Assembly (NCBI GenBank): GCA_024346625.1
Contig: AP024664.1
Span: forward strand, 992,001 to 1,056,000
DNA from: Williopsis jadinii
Taxonomy: Eukaryota
DNA: 64,000 nt
Direction of reading: 5' to 3'
Part shown: one piece after another, positions 1 to 10,245 of the stretch
Numbering within the stretch: position 1 is the stretch's first letter
Layout of the letters: every line of letters begins with the position of its first letter
The notes under the pieces: model-generated
The model's database searches: none
Told to the model about the DNA's origin: nothing
The model's input: the letters and a program-made list of their open reading frames with translations, nothing else
Program-made: the position numbers and the translations under genes

Positions 1-959
1 ATAAGACGCACATGGAATTTTGTTCCATCGTTCAAGTAATCCTCCACTTTACTGATAACATCCCTAGCCTCTCTTTCGGTTGCTTGCTCCATCGAATCGT
101 AGACCATGGCAACTTTATCCAACATGCTAATGACAACCAAGGACCAATGAGAGCCTGCACAGACAGCTTCAACGTCATCGTTATCATTGACAGGAAGAAA
201 CAGGAATTTCCCTTTCTCCAGAGGCGGAATTACCCCCCTCAATTGCTGTGGCTCGGGTGTCTGAGCAAGGAGGTACACCATCGAGGGTCTCACCAGTTGT
301 ATGGCGCTCGACACGAGCTTGTCGTATTTTGATAACTGATATCTTTCTAGATATTCATATACGAACGAGATGTCATTGTCGTTGAACCACTCGTCATCTT
401 TGAGATTGACCAAGTCCTCGCCATATATTGAGACATCAAAGAACTGTAGGATCTTATCGTCCAACCGCTTCTTTCCCGAAACTGAGATGATCTCAGCGTA
501 TAAATTGTTCAATACTTTTACGCTCTTAGCATCAGACGCCACATTATCAAAGGAGTAATGCGTATTTTTATCCTTCTTCGAGCCCTTTATGCCCTTCTGT
601 GCTTTCTTCTCCCTTTTCCTTTCAAGCTTCCGCTGATGCTTCGATAGAGCCTTGCTCTTAGGAGGCAGCCTATTCTTTACCTCTTCACTTTCAACGTTAC
701 GCATACTGAAACCGCCATCTCTTTGGTGGTTGAGAGCCACGTCTGATTCATCTGCATACATGCTCTCATTCTCAGCATCATCCGCCTCAACAGTGTAAGA
801 GTCATAGTAACTCTTTGGTGTCTTTTCATCTTGATGTTCACTCCAGTCGAACTGATCAAAGCCATCCGTCGTAACCTCGTCGTTGTTCTCAGACTCGTCA
901 AAGCACCCGTTCTTCGCTATACAGTACCCCTTGTATTCATTATACACGACTCTCAGCAT
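1..959 (-). CDS. NEDD8-specific protease (DEN1/NEDP1/SENP8-like, peptidase C48), runs off the window edge
   Basis: Not in the ORF track. Hand translation from ATG at 959 is open to base 1: acidic/basic N-terminus, then DDEWFNDNDISFVYEYL...LVRPSMVYLL...FLFLPVNDNDDVEAVCAGSHWSLVVI...VYDSM, the SENP8-type pattern with catalytic His and Asp. The catalytic Cys lies beyond the window. Confidence 0.8.
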   Translation of the reverse strand, partial: MLRVVYNEYKGYCIAKNGCFDESENNDEVTTDGFDQFDWSEHQDEKTPKSYYDSYTVEADDAENESMYADESDVALNHQRDGGFSMRNVESEEVKNRLPPKSKALSKHQRKLERKREKKAQKGIKGSKKDKNTHYSFDNVASDAKSVKVLNNLYAEIISVSGKKRLDDKILQFFDVSIYGEDLVNLKDDEWFNDNDISFVYEYLERYQLSKYDKLVSSAIQLVRPSMVYLLAQTPEPQQLRGVIPPLEKGKFLFLPVNDNDDVEAVCAGSHWSLVVISMLDKVAMVYDSMEQATEREARDVISKVEDYLNDGTKFHVRL

Positions 960-1294
960 AGTCGGGCCTCCCACACAGTTGCTGTATGAACTCTTTGAAT
1001 GAATCTGTGCCTTATAGTTCTCCCTGCACCGATTCTTAGACCTCGATGCCCATCGAACGGTAAAAAAGTCTTGGTAGGTACACAGTGGGAATACGGTGGG
1101 CACACGGTGGGCTCGCAGTAGAGCCCCCCCCCCCTAGGCTCAAGACCCAGTGCCTAGGTAGCAGACACACCAGTCCAACTGCAGGCACGGGCGCTCCAGA
1201 GATTACTGCCCAGCGGGATGACGTGCGCAAAGGTCAAGCCGCCACACTGTGCGGACAACGAGGAGGCAAGCGTAGCTAAATCATCGTTCTGTCA

Positions 1295-1316
1295 CACGTG
1301 AACTTTAACAACTGTG
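1295..1316. promoter_or_regulatory. Cbf1 site (TCACGTG) plus Met31/32-like core (AACTGTG): Met4-regulon-type module
   Basis: CACGTGA at 1295-1301 and AACTGTG at 1310-1316, in the divergent promoter of MET30, a known Met4 target. Confidence 0.6.
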
Positions 1317-1711
1317 AAAGGATCTTCTCCCCGATCCGGTAATTACACCGTCGTTCTACTTGCGTTTTAGCATTGTGGCTAGTGAATAATGATCCGTGTT
1401 CCCTACAGAGAGGATTTCCTTATCAGGCACAAGGCCCAGAAGAACGTCTCGAGTCTCGACACAGCACCCTCACAGACTGATTGTGGCGAATGACGTGGAG
1501 TTGGATCTCCAAAAAGTGTGGCGCTTGCCGTACGGGCAATTGGCAAAGCCTATCCGCGCTTTCTCTACAAGAAGGGTAAAAAGAAAAACAATTTCGTCAC
1601 TTTGGAGCTCGCATAGAATAATAAAAAGAGGCCACAGCTGCACAGAAAAGGACTCTCTTGAGGAAAAAACACACACACGCACAGGGCCACAAAAAAAGAA
1701 AGCAGAAAGAC

Positions 1712-1721
1712 AAAACTGTGG
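1712..1721 (+). promoter_or_regulatory. Met31/Met32 site AAAACTGTGG
   Basis: Consensus match about 180 bp upstream of the MET30 ATG. Confidence 0.65.
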
Positions 1722-1897
1722 TGGTGGAGACATACTGTTATCGTAAGAAGGTGATTTAAAGAACACAGTTCCCACATACAGTGAGTGTTTGCAGCTTCTA
1801 TAATCTTGCATTGATCATCAGGCGTTATTTGAGACTTGAAAGTTGATCGTTTTCGTTTCTGTTTATTGCTGTCATTTGATCATCAACACTGAAAGAG

Positions 1898-3736
1898 ATG
1901 GACCTTGGGCTGAGTTGTCATCACCGTGAGGGACAGAAGCCACTCCTACGACAAGATAACGAGGACAAGAAAATACCTCAAGCACAGGAAAGAAACATTT
2001 TCACGCCGTGTGAAAAAGAATATGTAAAGAACATCTCAGATGTAGAAGAAGAGGAAGAGGAGATAACAGTCGGTAGCTCGAAAGTGAATGTAAATGATGC
2101 TCGTCTGATACCTCAGAGCAATTTCCACAAGTACTGTTACCGCCATAACCCAGATGTGAAGTGTAACAAGTTGGCGGACTCAAACAAGATTTCACAGCTG
2201 CAGGATACTTTGCAAAAGATGCCTTTGAAAGACCAGGAGACAATCAACGACGTGTGGAGTATATTCGGTGCTGCAGACTCTGCAAAGAGACAAGTAATAC
2301 TACAGGGGATCCTCAGTCAGTGTTGTTTCCCTCAACTCTCATTCATATCGCAGGAAGTGTCCTCACTTATTAGGATCGACTTCATTTCAACTCTACCCAC
2401 AGAGTTGTCATCAAAGATTCTGTGCTACTTGGATTGCGAGTCCTTGTGTAACGCGGCACAGGTCTCGAAGAAGTGGAAGAGACTCGCCGATGATGACCGC
2501 GTTTGGCACCATATGTGTGAGCAACACATTGACCGTAAGTGTCCGAACTGTGGTTGGGGTCTACCACTGATGCACATGAAGCGTGCACGTGAGATTGAAT
2601 ACTCTCCAAAGAACGACGCCATTACCCTGAGTGGGAATCATCCACCTCAGGTGAAGAGAAGAAGATTGTCGAATCAGACGACAAATGGACACGGTGTAAG
2701 AAAGACAAGACCATGGAAAGTTGTCTACAGTGAGAGGTTCAAAGTGGAGAGAAACTGGAGAAAGGGAATATACACTACAAAACAGTTCGTTGGACACACT
2801 GACGGTGTGCTAACCTTAAAGTACGATTATAAGTATCTTTTCACAGGATCATACGACAAGACTGTGAAGATTTGGGATGTGAAAACAGGAGCGTTGATCC
2901 GCTCTCTTGAATCACATACACAAGGTGTCAAAACTTTAGCGTTTGATGAGCAGAAACTCATCACAGGTTCACTTGACAACACAATCAAAGTTTGGAACTA
3001 TCACACCGGCCAGTGCATAGCGACTTACAGGGGACACGAGGACTGCGTCCTCAGTGTGGACTTCTACAAGAAGAACATTGTGAGTGGTTCAGCTGATACA
3101 ACCGTCAAGCTGTGGAACGTTGAATCGCGTACATGCATTGCCCTTCGTGGGCACACGGAAGGTGTCAACAGCGTCAAGATTCATCCACAGAGCAGCACCA
3201 TCTTCAGTGCCAGTGATGACACCACTGTTCGCATGTGGGACATGACAACCCACAAGCTGTTGAAAGTGTTCAAGGGTCATATCGCCGCCGTTCAGAAGGT
3301 GATACCTCTGAACATCTCCAACGATTATGAGCTTGTGCACGACCAACACAATGATGAAGACGTTGGCGAGGACGAAGAAGAGGAGGAGGGAGAAGGGATC
3401 GATTACCTCGACGAAAGTCGCCAATATCCGAACTACATCCTAACGGCATCCTTGGATAACACCATAAAGTTATGGGATGTCCGTTCTGGTAAGTGTGTGC
3501 GCACGCAATTTGGCCATTTGGAGGGCATTTGGGATATCAGTGCGGACACTTTCCGTATAGTTAGTGGTGCACATGACAGTCTGGTGAAGGTTTGGGATCT
3601 ACAAAGTGGGAAGTGTATGCACACTTTCCAGGGCCATTCGAGCCATGTTCTTGCCGTTGGGTTAGGCGATTCCAGTTTTGCCAGTGCAGATGAAACTGGC
3701 GTTGTGAGGATGTGCAACTTTGACAACTTTGATTAA
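1898..3736 (+). CDS. MET30: F-box/WD40 SCF substrate receptor Met30
   Basis: KYCYRHNPD, D-domain, F-box (DFISTLPTELSSKILCYLD), CEQHIDRKCPNCGWGLP linker and WD40 repeats. Confidence 0.95.
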   Translation: MDLGLSCHHREGQKPLLRQDNEDKKIPQAQERNIFTPCEKEYVKNISDVEEEEEEITVGSSKVNVNDARLIPQSNFHKYCYRHNPDVKCNKLADSNKISQLQDTLQKMPLKDQETINDVWSIFGAADSAKRQVILQGILSQCCFPQLSFISQEVSSLIRIDFISTLPTELSSKILCYLDCESLCNAAQVSKKWKRLADDDRVWHHMCEQHIDRKCPNCGWGLPLMHMKRAREIEYSPKNDAITLSGNHPPQVKRRRLSNQTTNGHGVRKTRPWKVVYSERFKVERNWRKGIYTTKQFVGHTDGVLTLKYDYKYLFTGSYDKTVKIWDVKTGALIRSLESHTQGVKTLAFDEQKLITGSLDNTIKVWNYHTGQCIATYRGHEDCVLSVDFYKKNIVSGSADTTVKLWNVESRTCIALRGHTEGVNSVKIHPQSSTIFSASDDTTVRMWDMTTHKLLKVFKGHIAAVQKVIPLNISNDYELVHDQHNDEDVGEDEEEEEGEGIDYLDESRQYPNYILTASLDNTIKLWDVRSGKCVRTQFGHLEGIWDISADTFRIVSGAHDSLVKVWDLQSGKCMHTFQGHSSHVLAVGLGDSSFASADETGVVRMCNFDNFD

Positions 3737-4702
3737 ATGTCGTCCTATTCTATGACGTGTTTGACGTCATATCTGTGCTATGTTTTGGTCTCATGGAACC
3801 GTTTAAATCGGAGACGTTGCTTCTCCCTCCTTTTTCTCTTTCTGGCCTTTCCGCCGTTTATCTGCGACTTATGTCTATGTGCTATTTCCTTGCTTCCAGT
3901 TGTTATCGCCAACCCTAATTTACGTCTGCTTATGAATACTAGACCGTGTAGCACATTGCCGGTAATTCAACTACGCCTAGCATATATAGCGTGGTATCAC
4001 TACGCTATACCTCATGGGCTAATCTGCGCGGCGGTATACATAGAGCTCCCGACAAAACGCCCACGCCACGCAAACCACAGTTGCGTCCTCCAACATATTG
4101 GTGCATGTGGCTACAATCGTAGGAACCAGTAGAGATCTGGGGCGCTTGAAACAAGTGCTTGAGAGGATCAGTAGTGAGTAGTGGTCATTCCCCATTGATT
4201 GTGATCACCATAAATAGAGCATGCCCATCATTTGAATATGCGAAAATGATAAATAAGTTGCTAAGTAACCGCTGGCTTACCAGCCTTTCGGATTTTCTTC
4301 CCTTTCCCGCTTGTAGAAAGTTGTAGCTTTACAAGAGTGGCCTGCCCTCACGCGGTGCCCACGCGGTATTCCAGGGAAGAACAAAGGGCTAGCGAAAAGC
4401 AGCAGAACATCAGTTATTAGGCTGGCAGAGCTGTTTGGCTTAGCCGCGCGTAAATGATACAGAGACGAACACCCATCCCCCTGTTCTCTCCCTCGCGGGC
4501 ACGCCAGCCAAAAAAAGTAAAATGGACCCAGATTTTCACATACAACCACAGTTGTCGCTTGTACTTTTTTTTTCTCTTCTCTCCACCAGGTTACTTTAAC
4601 CCTTTATACACATACTGTGCACTGAAGGGTCATATCACTCGTGTCTAGTGGTTCTCGTCCATACCATCACAGATAATCCGGATTATTATTCAATAAGAGA
4701 GG

Positions 4703-6238
4703 ATGGTTTATGTTAGTGCGTCCCCTAGAAAGAACAGTGACAGCAAGCATGACGCGACAACCAGCGGTGGTGATGGGGGAAGGCACAGCGCTGAAAGTAG
4801 CAGTAAGGGAGGTGCCCATTCTCTGGCTTCGTCTCCATACTCCACAGCATCATCGTCGACATCCACGATTGTAACGATGGGTGATGAGAGCGAGTCGTTG
4901 TCGTTGTCATTTTTGCGGAAGAAGAAGCGGGTCGGAAGTATCCATGAGAAGGAGGAGACACCGGCTGGTCCTGCTGAGCCCCCATCACCACCTCGCCTAG
5001 TTAGGAAGAAGTCTGGTGAGCTAGTTAAATCGTCACTTAGGTTGAACTCCCTTGGTGGTGTCAACTCCAAATCCATGCCCACCACACCGACTTACAACAA
5101 GAGCGTCCATTTCGGTTCGGATGTTGATGTTCGCTACTTTGACGAAAGGGAAAAGCCCACTGCTGTAAGCGCTGGCGGATCACCTGTATTGAGAGGCAGA
5201 CGTAAGATAATTGGCAGTGCAAGCTTTGAAGGATTGTCGAACAATTCTGATACAGAGGATGATAGTGATATATTTGACGATGAGGAAAAAGTACACATAT
5301 CGTGGGATCTATTCAACGTCAATTTTAACAAGATTAAGTACAATGAAAAATTCCGTGAAGGCTCCCAACTGTTTTTGGAGAAGTTCGTACTGGATGATGA
5401 TGATAAATGTATCATTGGGACCATCGCGGTTAAAAACTTGTCTTTTCAGAAGGATGTTCATGTCCGGTATTCTTATGACCAATGGCGCACAGTTATTGAG
5501 ATTGAGGCCACTTATGTACCAGAAGTGACAAAGATATTGAAGAGGGCAAACTTTGATAGATTCCGCTTCACAATTCCTTTAACAAAGTTTGCCTTTCTAC
5601 CCAACGACAAGACTGAGGTTTCATTCTGCATACGCTACCGATACGATAACAAGGAGCTGTGGGATAATAACTATTTCAAGAATTATAAAGTGATATTAAC
5701 GAGGTCAAGACGGTTGAGAGGATCGAGAAGTGCCAAGTTCTCGTTGAACGATTACTTCAACTACGAGCACGACTATTCATTGCAGTCACAGAGCCATTCG
5801 TTGAGTGTGGATGACTATTTTGGCAATTACAACAGTTATAACTATCACCTCAAATCACCAGAGACCCCCAAGGCCCTCAAGACCGAGGAAGGCACTTTCT
5901 TGGACAGTACGCCTGATTTCAAATCTTTGGATAACATTTCCCACTCTGTTGCACAGATGTCATTGTTATCAAACGATTCAAAGACAAGTCTTTTGGACTT
6001 TGACAAGGAGAATCTTGGGGACGATGCCCTGGGCCCTAATGACGTCGGTTTGGGCCCAACTGACGTGGAGCGTACATCTAATGACGTTGCCGTGGTTAAC
6101 AACGGCGTAAGATCGAACACGAGCTCGAAGCCTAACAGGAAGAACAAACCGCCAATGAATTCCAAATCGTACCAAGAGCTATTGGACTCTTATTGTTTCT
6201 TCACTGGAGAGAAGGGTGCCAGCATTCCAAGATCATAA
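4703..6238 (+). CDS. PIG2: Glc7/PP1 glycogen-targeting subunit with CBM21 domain (Pig2/Gip2/Gac1 family)
   Basis: LVRKKSGELVKSSL, RVxF motif KSVHF, CBM21 motifs (GTIAVKNLSFQK, FCIRY, WDNN). PIG2 is adjacent to MET30 in S. cerevisiae (recalled). Confidence 0.75.
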   Translation: MVYVSASPRKNSDSKHDATTSGGDGGRHSAESSSKGGAHSLASSPYSTASSSTSTIVTMGDESESLSLSFLRKKKRVGSIHEKEETPAGPAEPPSPPRLVRKKSGELVKSSLRLNSLGGVNSKSMPTTPTYNKSVHFGSDVDVRYFDEREKPTAVSAGGSPVLRGRRKIIGSASFEGLSNNSDTEDDSDIFDDEEKVHISWDLFNVNFNKIKYNEKFREGSQLFLEKFVLDDDDKCIIGTIAVKNLSFQKDVHVRYSYDQWRTVIEIEATYVPEVTKILKRANFDRFRFTIPLTKFAFLPNDKTEVSFCIRYRYDNKELWDNNYFKNYKVILTRSRRLRGSRSAKFSLNDYFNYEHDYSLQSQSHSLSVDDYFGNYNSYNYHLKSPETPKALKTEEGTFLDSTPDFKSLDNISHSVAQMSLLSNDSKTSLLDFDKENLGDDALGPNDVGLGPTDVERTSNDVAVVNNGVRSNTSSKPNRKNKPPMNSKSYQELLDSYCFFTGEKGASIPRS

Positions 6239-6788
6239 GAAAGGGAAGCATTCACCAAGTATCCATCCGGCGGGACATAACGCATAGATCACCAAAGCGA
6301 ACTCAGCAGCAACAAAAGAAAGAACACACGCACCAAATCCACCCAACCACAGGGTTAATGTGGGCGACGTTCGCTATCTCACGAGTAATAATATACCTAA
6401 TATACCTAATGACCACAGAATTGAAGTGTATAGAACATGTAGCGATAAGCGAACACGGCATTCTCAGCGACACTTCTCCGCCCTCGATGACAGGGAGAAA
6501 CCCAGCTGGCAAATGCCACGGTCTGCCCCTTGCGATTCGGTGCTACAGCCCATTTGGGCAAACGACGCCAGGTGCTGGGTGAATCACAGCACAATCAGCT
6601 AATTGCAAAAGACAGCGAGAACGCTGACGCGTCAGAAAGGCCTACAGCAGCAGGGAGCTTACGTGCAACATGAGACTATGGCGGGCGGAACAAGACTGAC
6701 CGCGCACTGCGGTCACGGTGCACTTCAATTCAACGGCAGCTCTCGTCTTGAACCTACGCAGCGTGGATTTACTCACATCCCGGTTTGT

Positions 6789-6795
6789 TGACTCA
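6789..6795 (+). promoter_or_regulatory. Gcn4/AP-1 site TGACTCA
   Basis: Exact consensus about 300 bp upstream of an amino-acid metabolism gene. Confidence 0.65.
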
Positions 6796-6817
6796 TTCCC
6801 CATACATAAGCGCACTC

Positions 6818-6850
6818 CCGGCCACAACCGTCTTATTCCGTCTTATTCCG
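6818..6850 (+). promoter_or_regulatory. Aro80-type UAS: four CCG triplets each separated by 7 bp
   Basis: CCG-gccacaa-CCG-tcttatt-CCG-tcttatt-CCG, followed by a degenerate fifth unit (tcctatg-CCC). Confidence 0.65.
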
Positions 6851-7089
6851 TCCTATGCCCTCGCTGCTGTTGCCTGCCTATAGCGAAAGTTTCGATGGGG
6901 CCGCTGGAGAAGAACAAGACGAAGAAGAAGAAGAGCGAAAAAAACACAAACAGCGGGAAAATTATAAAGCGTCCACTGCCGCCGGCGCCTTTCCTTCGTC
7001 GTTTTTGTGTCCATTGAAATCTTCAAGAAAACACACTCCCAGCGCAGCGAATATAAACACAACAAGAAGTAAACACACACACGCTCACA

Positions 7090-8562
7090 ATGGTGACTGC
7101 AAGCAAGGACATTACTCATTTACTCTCTGAGGAGGCGCGTGCCAGAAGACCTTCTCCGTTGAAGACCGCGTTCAAGTACTTTGGTAACCCAGATATCGTT
7201 TTCCTCGGCGGAGGTCTACCACTATCTGATTACTTCCCATGGAACAAGGTTACTGCCCATTCGCCGGCGGTTCCATTCTCCAAGGGCATTGGTGCTGTGC
7301 CAGTTACCGAGGAGGATGCGTTGGTGATTGATTTGCACAAGAAGAAGGAGTTCCTCGAGAACGCGGATGACATTGAGCTCTCCAGGGCGCTTCAGTACGG
7401 TTACACCGAAGGTCAACATGAACTCATGAAGTTCTTGAAGGAGCACACTGAGTTGATCCACAAGCTGCCATACGAAGACTGGGGCTGTGTCGCTACCATC
7501 GGTAACACTCAGGCATGGGATGCTGTGTTGAGAACATTCTGTGATAAGGGTGACACAATCTTGGTTGAAGAGTTCACCTTCTCCTCTGCGTTGGAGACTG
7601 CCAATGCCTTGGGAATTACCCAATTCCCAGTGCCAATGGACGAATCCGGAATCCTTCCAGATAAGTTGGAGCACCTGTTGGATAACTGGGTTGGTAAGAA
7701 GCCTAAGTTGTTGTACATTATCCCAACTGGTCAAAACCCAACGGGTTCATGTCTCTCTGTAGAGAGAAGAAAGGCCATTTACAAAGTGGCTCAGAAGCAC
7801 GATTTTGTCATCATTGAGGATGAACCATACTACTTTCTCCAAATGGAAACTTATACACAAGATGTTGCGGCCAGAGAAGGAAAACATGTTCATTCCCATG
7901 AAGAGTTTATCAATGCGCTTGTTACTTCTTTCCTCCACCTAGATACCGAAGGTCGTGTAATTAGATTGGACTCGTTCTCTAAGGTTTTGGCCCCAGGAAC
8001 ACGTTTTGGTTGGATTGTCGCCCAAAACAACATTTTGGAAAGATTTGTCAGACTTCACGAGGTTACTATCCAATGTCCATCAGGTTTCACTCAATCTATT
8101 ATTAACGGTACTTTACAAAGATGGGGCCAATCCGGTTACTTGGACTGGTTGATTGGTTTGAGAGCAGAATACACTCACAAGCGTGACGTTGCTATTGATG
8201 CAGTTTACAAGAACTTCCCATTGGACGTTATCAAATTCACACCACCAGTTGCTGGTATGTTCTTCACTGTTAGTTTCGATGCATCCAAGCACCCTGACTT
8301 TGAAACTAAATACGGTAAGGATCCGTTGAAGGTTGAAGAGGCCTTGTATGAATCTGGTTTGCAAGGTGGTTGTTTAATGATTCCAGGTTCTTGGTTCAAG
8401 GCTGCTGGACAAACTGAACCACCACAGCCAGTTGAGGAGACTGACCCAGAGTCCGCTAACTGGATCTTCTTCAGAGGAACATACGCTGCTGTTCCATTGG
8501 ACAAATTGCAAAAGGGTTTGGAGAACTTTGGTGCTTCAGCTAAGAAAGAGTATGGTCTTTAA
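7090..8562 (+). CDS. ARO8: Aromatic/aminoadipate aminotransferase (Aro8-like, PLP class I)
   Basis: FLGGGLP, LQYG, YIIPTGQNPTG, IIEDEPYYFL, DSFSKVLAPGTRFGW (PLP lysine), FFRGTYAAV. Confidence 0.9.
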   Translation: MVTASKDITHLLSEEARARRPSPLKTAFKYFGNPDIVFLGGGLPLSDYFPWNKVTAHSPAVPFSKGIGAVPVTEEDALVIDLHKKKEFLENADDIELSRALQYGYTEGQHELMKFLKEHTELIHKLPYEDWGCVATIGNTQAWDAVLRTFCDKGDTILVEEFTFSSALETANALGITQFPVPMDESGILPDKLEHLLDNWVGKKPKLLYIIPTGQNPTGSCLSVERRKAIYKVAQKHDFVIIEDEPYYFLQMETYTQDVAAREGKHVHSHEEFINALVTSFLHLDTEGRVIRLDSFSKVLAPGTRFGWIVAQNNILERFVRLHEVTIQCPSGFTQSIINGTLQRWGQSGYLDWLIGLRAEYTHKRDVAIDAVYKNFPLDVIKFTPPVAGMFFTVSFDASKHPDFETKYGKDPLKVEEALYESGLQGGCLMIPGSWFKAAGQTEPPQPVEETDPESANWIFFRGTYAAVPLDKLQKGLENFGASAKKEYGL

Positions 8563-8731
8563 AAAGTGTTTTGCTATTTCGATAGAATCCCCATATCAAA
8601 TAAACGTACTTATACATAATAGCTGGCTTATATTTGAAATATCAGCAGGGAAACTAACGTAGAAGTGTTGATATACAGATGTGTTCAATTCATTACATAA
8701 AACAAGGAACTAAAAGAGGCACAAAATTGCA

Positions 8732-9721
8732 TCATTTATACTGAATGATCTCTTTATCAATCCAATCAATCAACTTGTCATCAGTACCATCAGTGCAACC
8801 TTTAGCTATATCTTCTCTCAAATCTCTGAACTGGCCAAATGCAGCGACATAACCAACGAATCCAGGTCCCTTTTCACCAACGAATGGACTCAGAGCTGCA
8901 AACAGCTCAGTATAAGCACCGTAAACTGCTGGATATGCTATAGGCTTTATAGCAGCTACTAACCAGCCAGGGTAATTTCTCTGCAATTCTGAGTTCAAGA
9001 TTCCTGGATGAACTGCGATTGTAGCAATACCTTTCTCTGCATACTTCTTACCATAAGAGGATGCCTGGTAAATGTTACCAGCTTTCGATTGACCATAGAT
9101 AAGACCCGAACTTGATTGGGAGGCATCTTTGAAGTCCCAACTCAATCCACCATTTGCTGGAGAGAGCAGGTGGGCCATGGAAGACAAGAACACAACACGA
9201 GGCTTGCCGTTCGAGTCAGCACTCTTTAAGATCGCTGGTGTGATGAGCTCAATAAGCAGTTGGTGACCAATAACGTTACTACCGAACTGTAACTCATACC
9301 CTTGCTTCGTCACCGAGTCATTAGGTGGTTGCATGACACCGGCATTCAAGATGACGATGTCCAACTGTGGAACAGAGTCCAACACTTTCGTAGCAGCCGG
9401 CTTGATAGTGGTCAAGTCCGCCAAGTCAGCCTGAACAACGGTGATTCTGGAGTCAATATCCTCACCGGTCACCCCTTCTTTCAACAAGTCCTTCTTGATT
9501 TCATCAATGACCTTGGCAGTCTTCTCCAGGTTACGATTGACCATAACGACATGTGCATTCTTCAAGAGCAAGAGCTTTGCAGCTTCACAACCGACACCGG
9601 CACTTGTACCAGTAACCAGGACATATTTGCCCTTCAAATCAGGGTAGTCCTTAGGAAGGTATGTTGGAGCCGGAGGCTTCAAACCCAACGCAAACTCTTT
9701 AATAACAAACAAGGAAGGCAT
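8732..9721 (-). CDS. Short-chain dehydrogenase/reductase, retinol-dehydrogenase-like
   Basis: VTGTSAGVG, LNAGVM, YGQSK catalytic motif, VHPG. Confidence 0.85.
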   Translation of the reverse strand: MPSLFVIKEFALGLKPPAPTYLPKDYPDLKGKYVLVTGTSAGVGCEAAKLLLLKNAHVVMVNRNLEKTAKVIDEIKKDLLKEGVTGEDIDSRITVVQADLADLTTIKPAATKVLDSVPQLDIVILNAGVMQPPNDSVTKQGYELQFGSNVIGHQLLIELITPAILKSADSNGKPRVVFLSSMAHLLSPANGGLSWDFKDASQSSSGLIYGQSKAGNIYQASSYGKKYAEKGIATIAVHPGILNSELQRNYPGWLVAAIKPIAYPAVYGAYTELFAALSPFVGEKGPGFVGYVAAFGQFRDLREDIAKGCTDGTDDKLIDWIDKEIIQYK

Positions 9722-10245
9722 TATCTCTCCACTGCTTCAATTGCCCTATAATAACCAGGGGGAAGTGCTGATAAAAGATGAAAAGGGGCGAGCTGACAAA
9801 CCTAACAGTGCTTCTGCTTATCATCGCTGGGAGTGATTACATAATCACGCCTAAAAAATTTCGTCTGTGTGCTGTGCGCAACTTTTGCGTGGGGACACAT
9901 AGTTTTAAGTCAAAAAACATCGCGAGATGTCGAATACTTGTGAGCAGTTTCCACGGTGAGAACGCCAATGATGATGACAGTATGGTGCACTTGGACCGAG
10001 GGTAGAAACAGCTCAATTGGCCCACATCATCAGCTCTTCCCATAGATTGATGCCACACAAGTTTATGGGGAAGCACACAATGGAAAGCACACCGTGTAAT
10101 TGCGAAAAAGTCGTGTGTTTATCAACATCGTAAGGGGAGACACAGGCAGCGAGCAAAATTGCAACTATCCGATCTCTCTTTCTCTGAAACACCGTAGTTT
10201 GGGGCTCAGTTGATTGGCAAGCCGTTTTCTCTCACAGTTGAGCCA

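Noticed and set aside
1781..1821. Possible 5'UTR intron of MET30 (GTGAGT...CAG)
   Set aside because: Only 41 nt long with no convincing CTAAC branch site.
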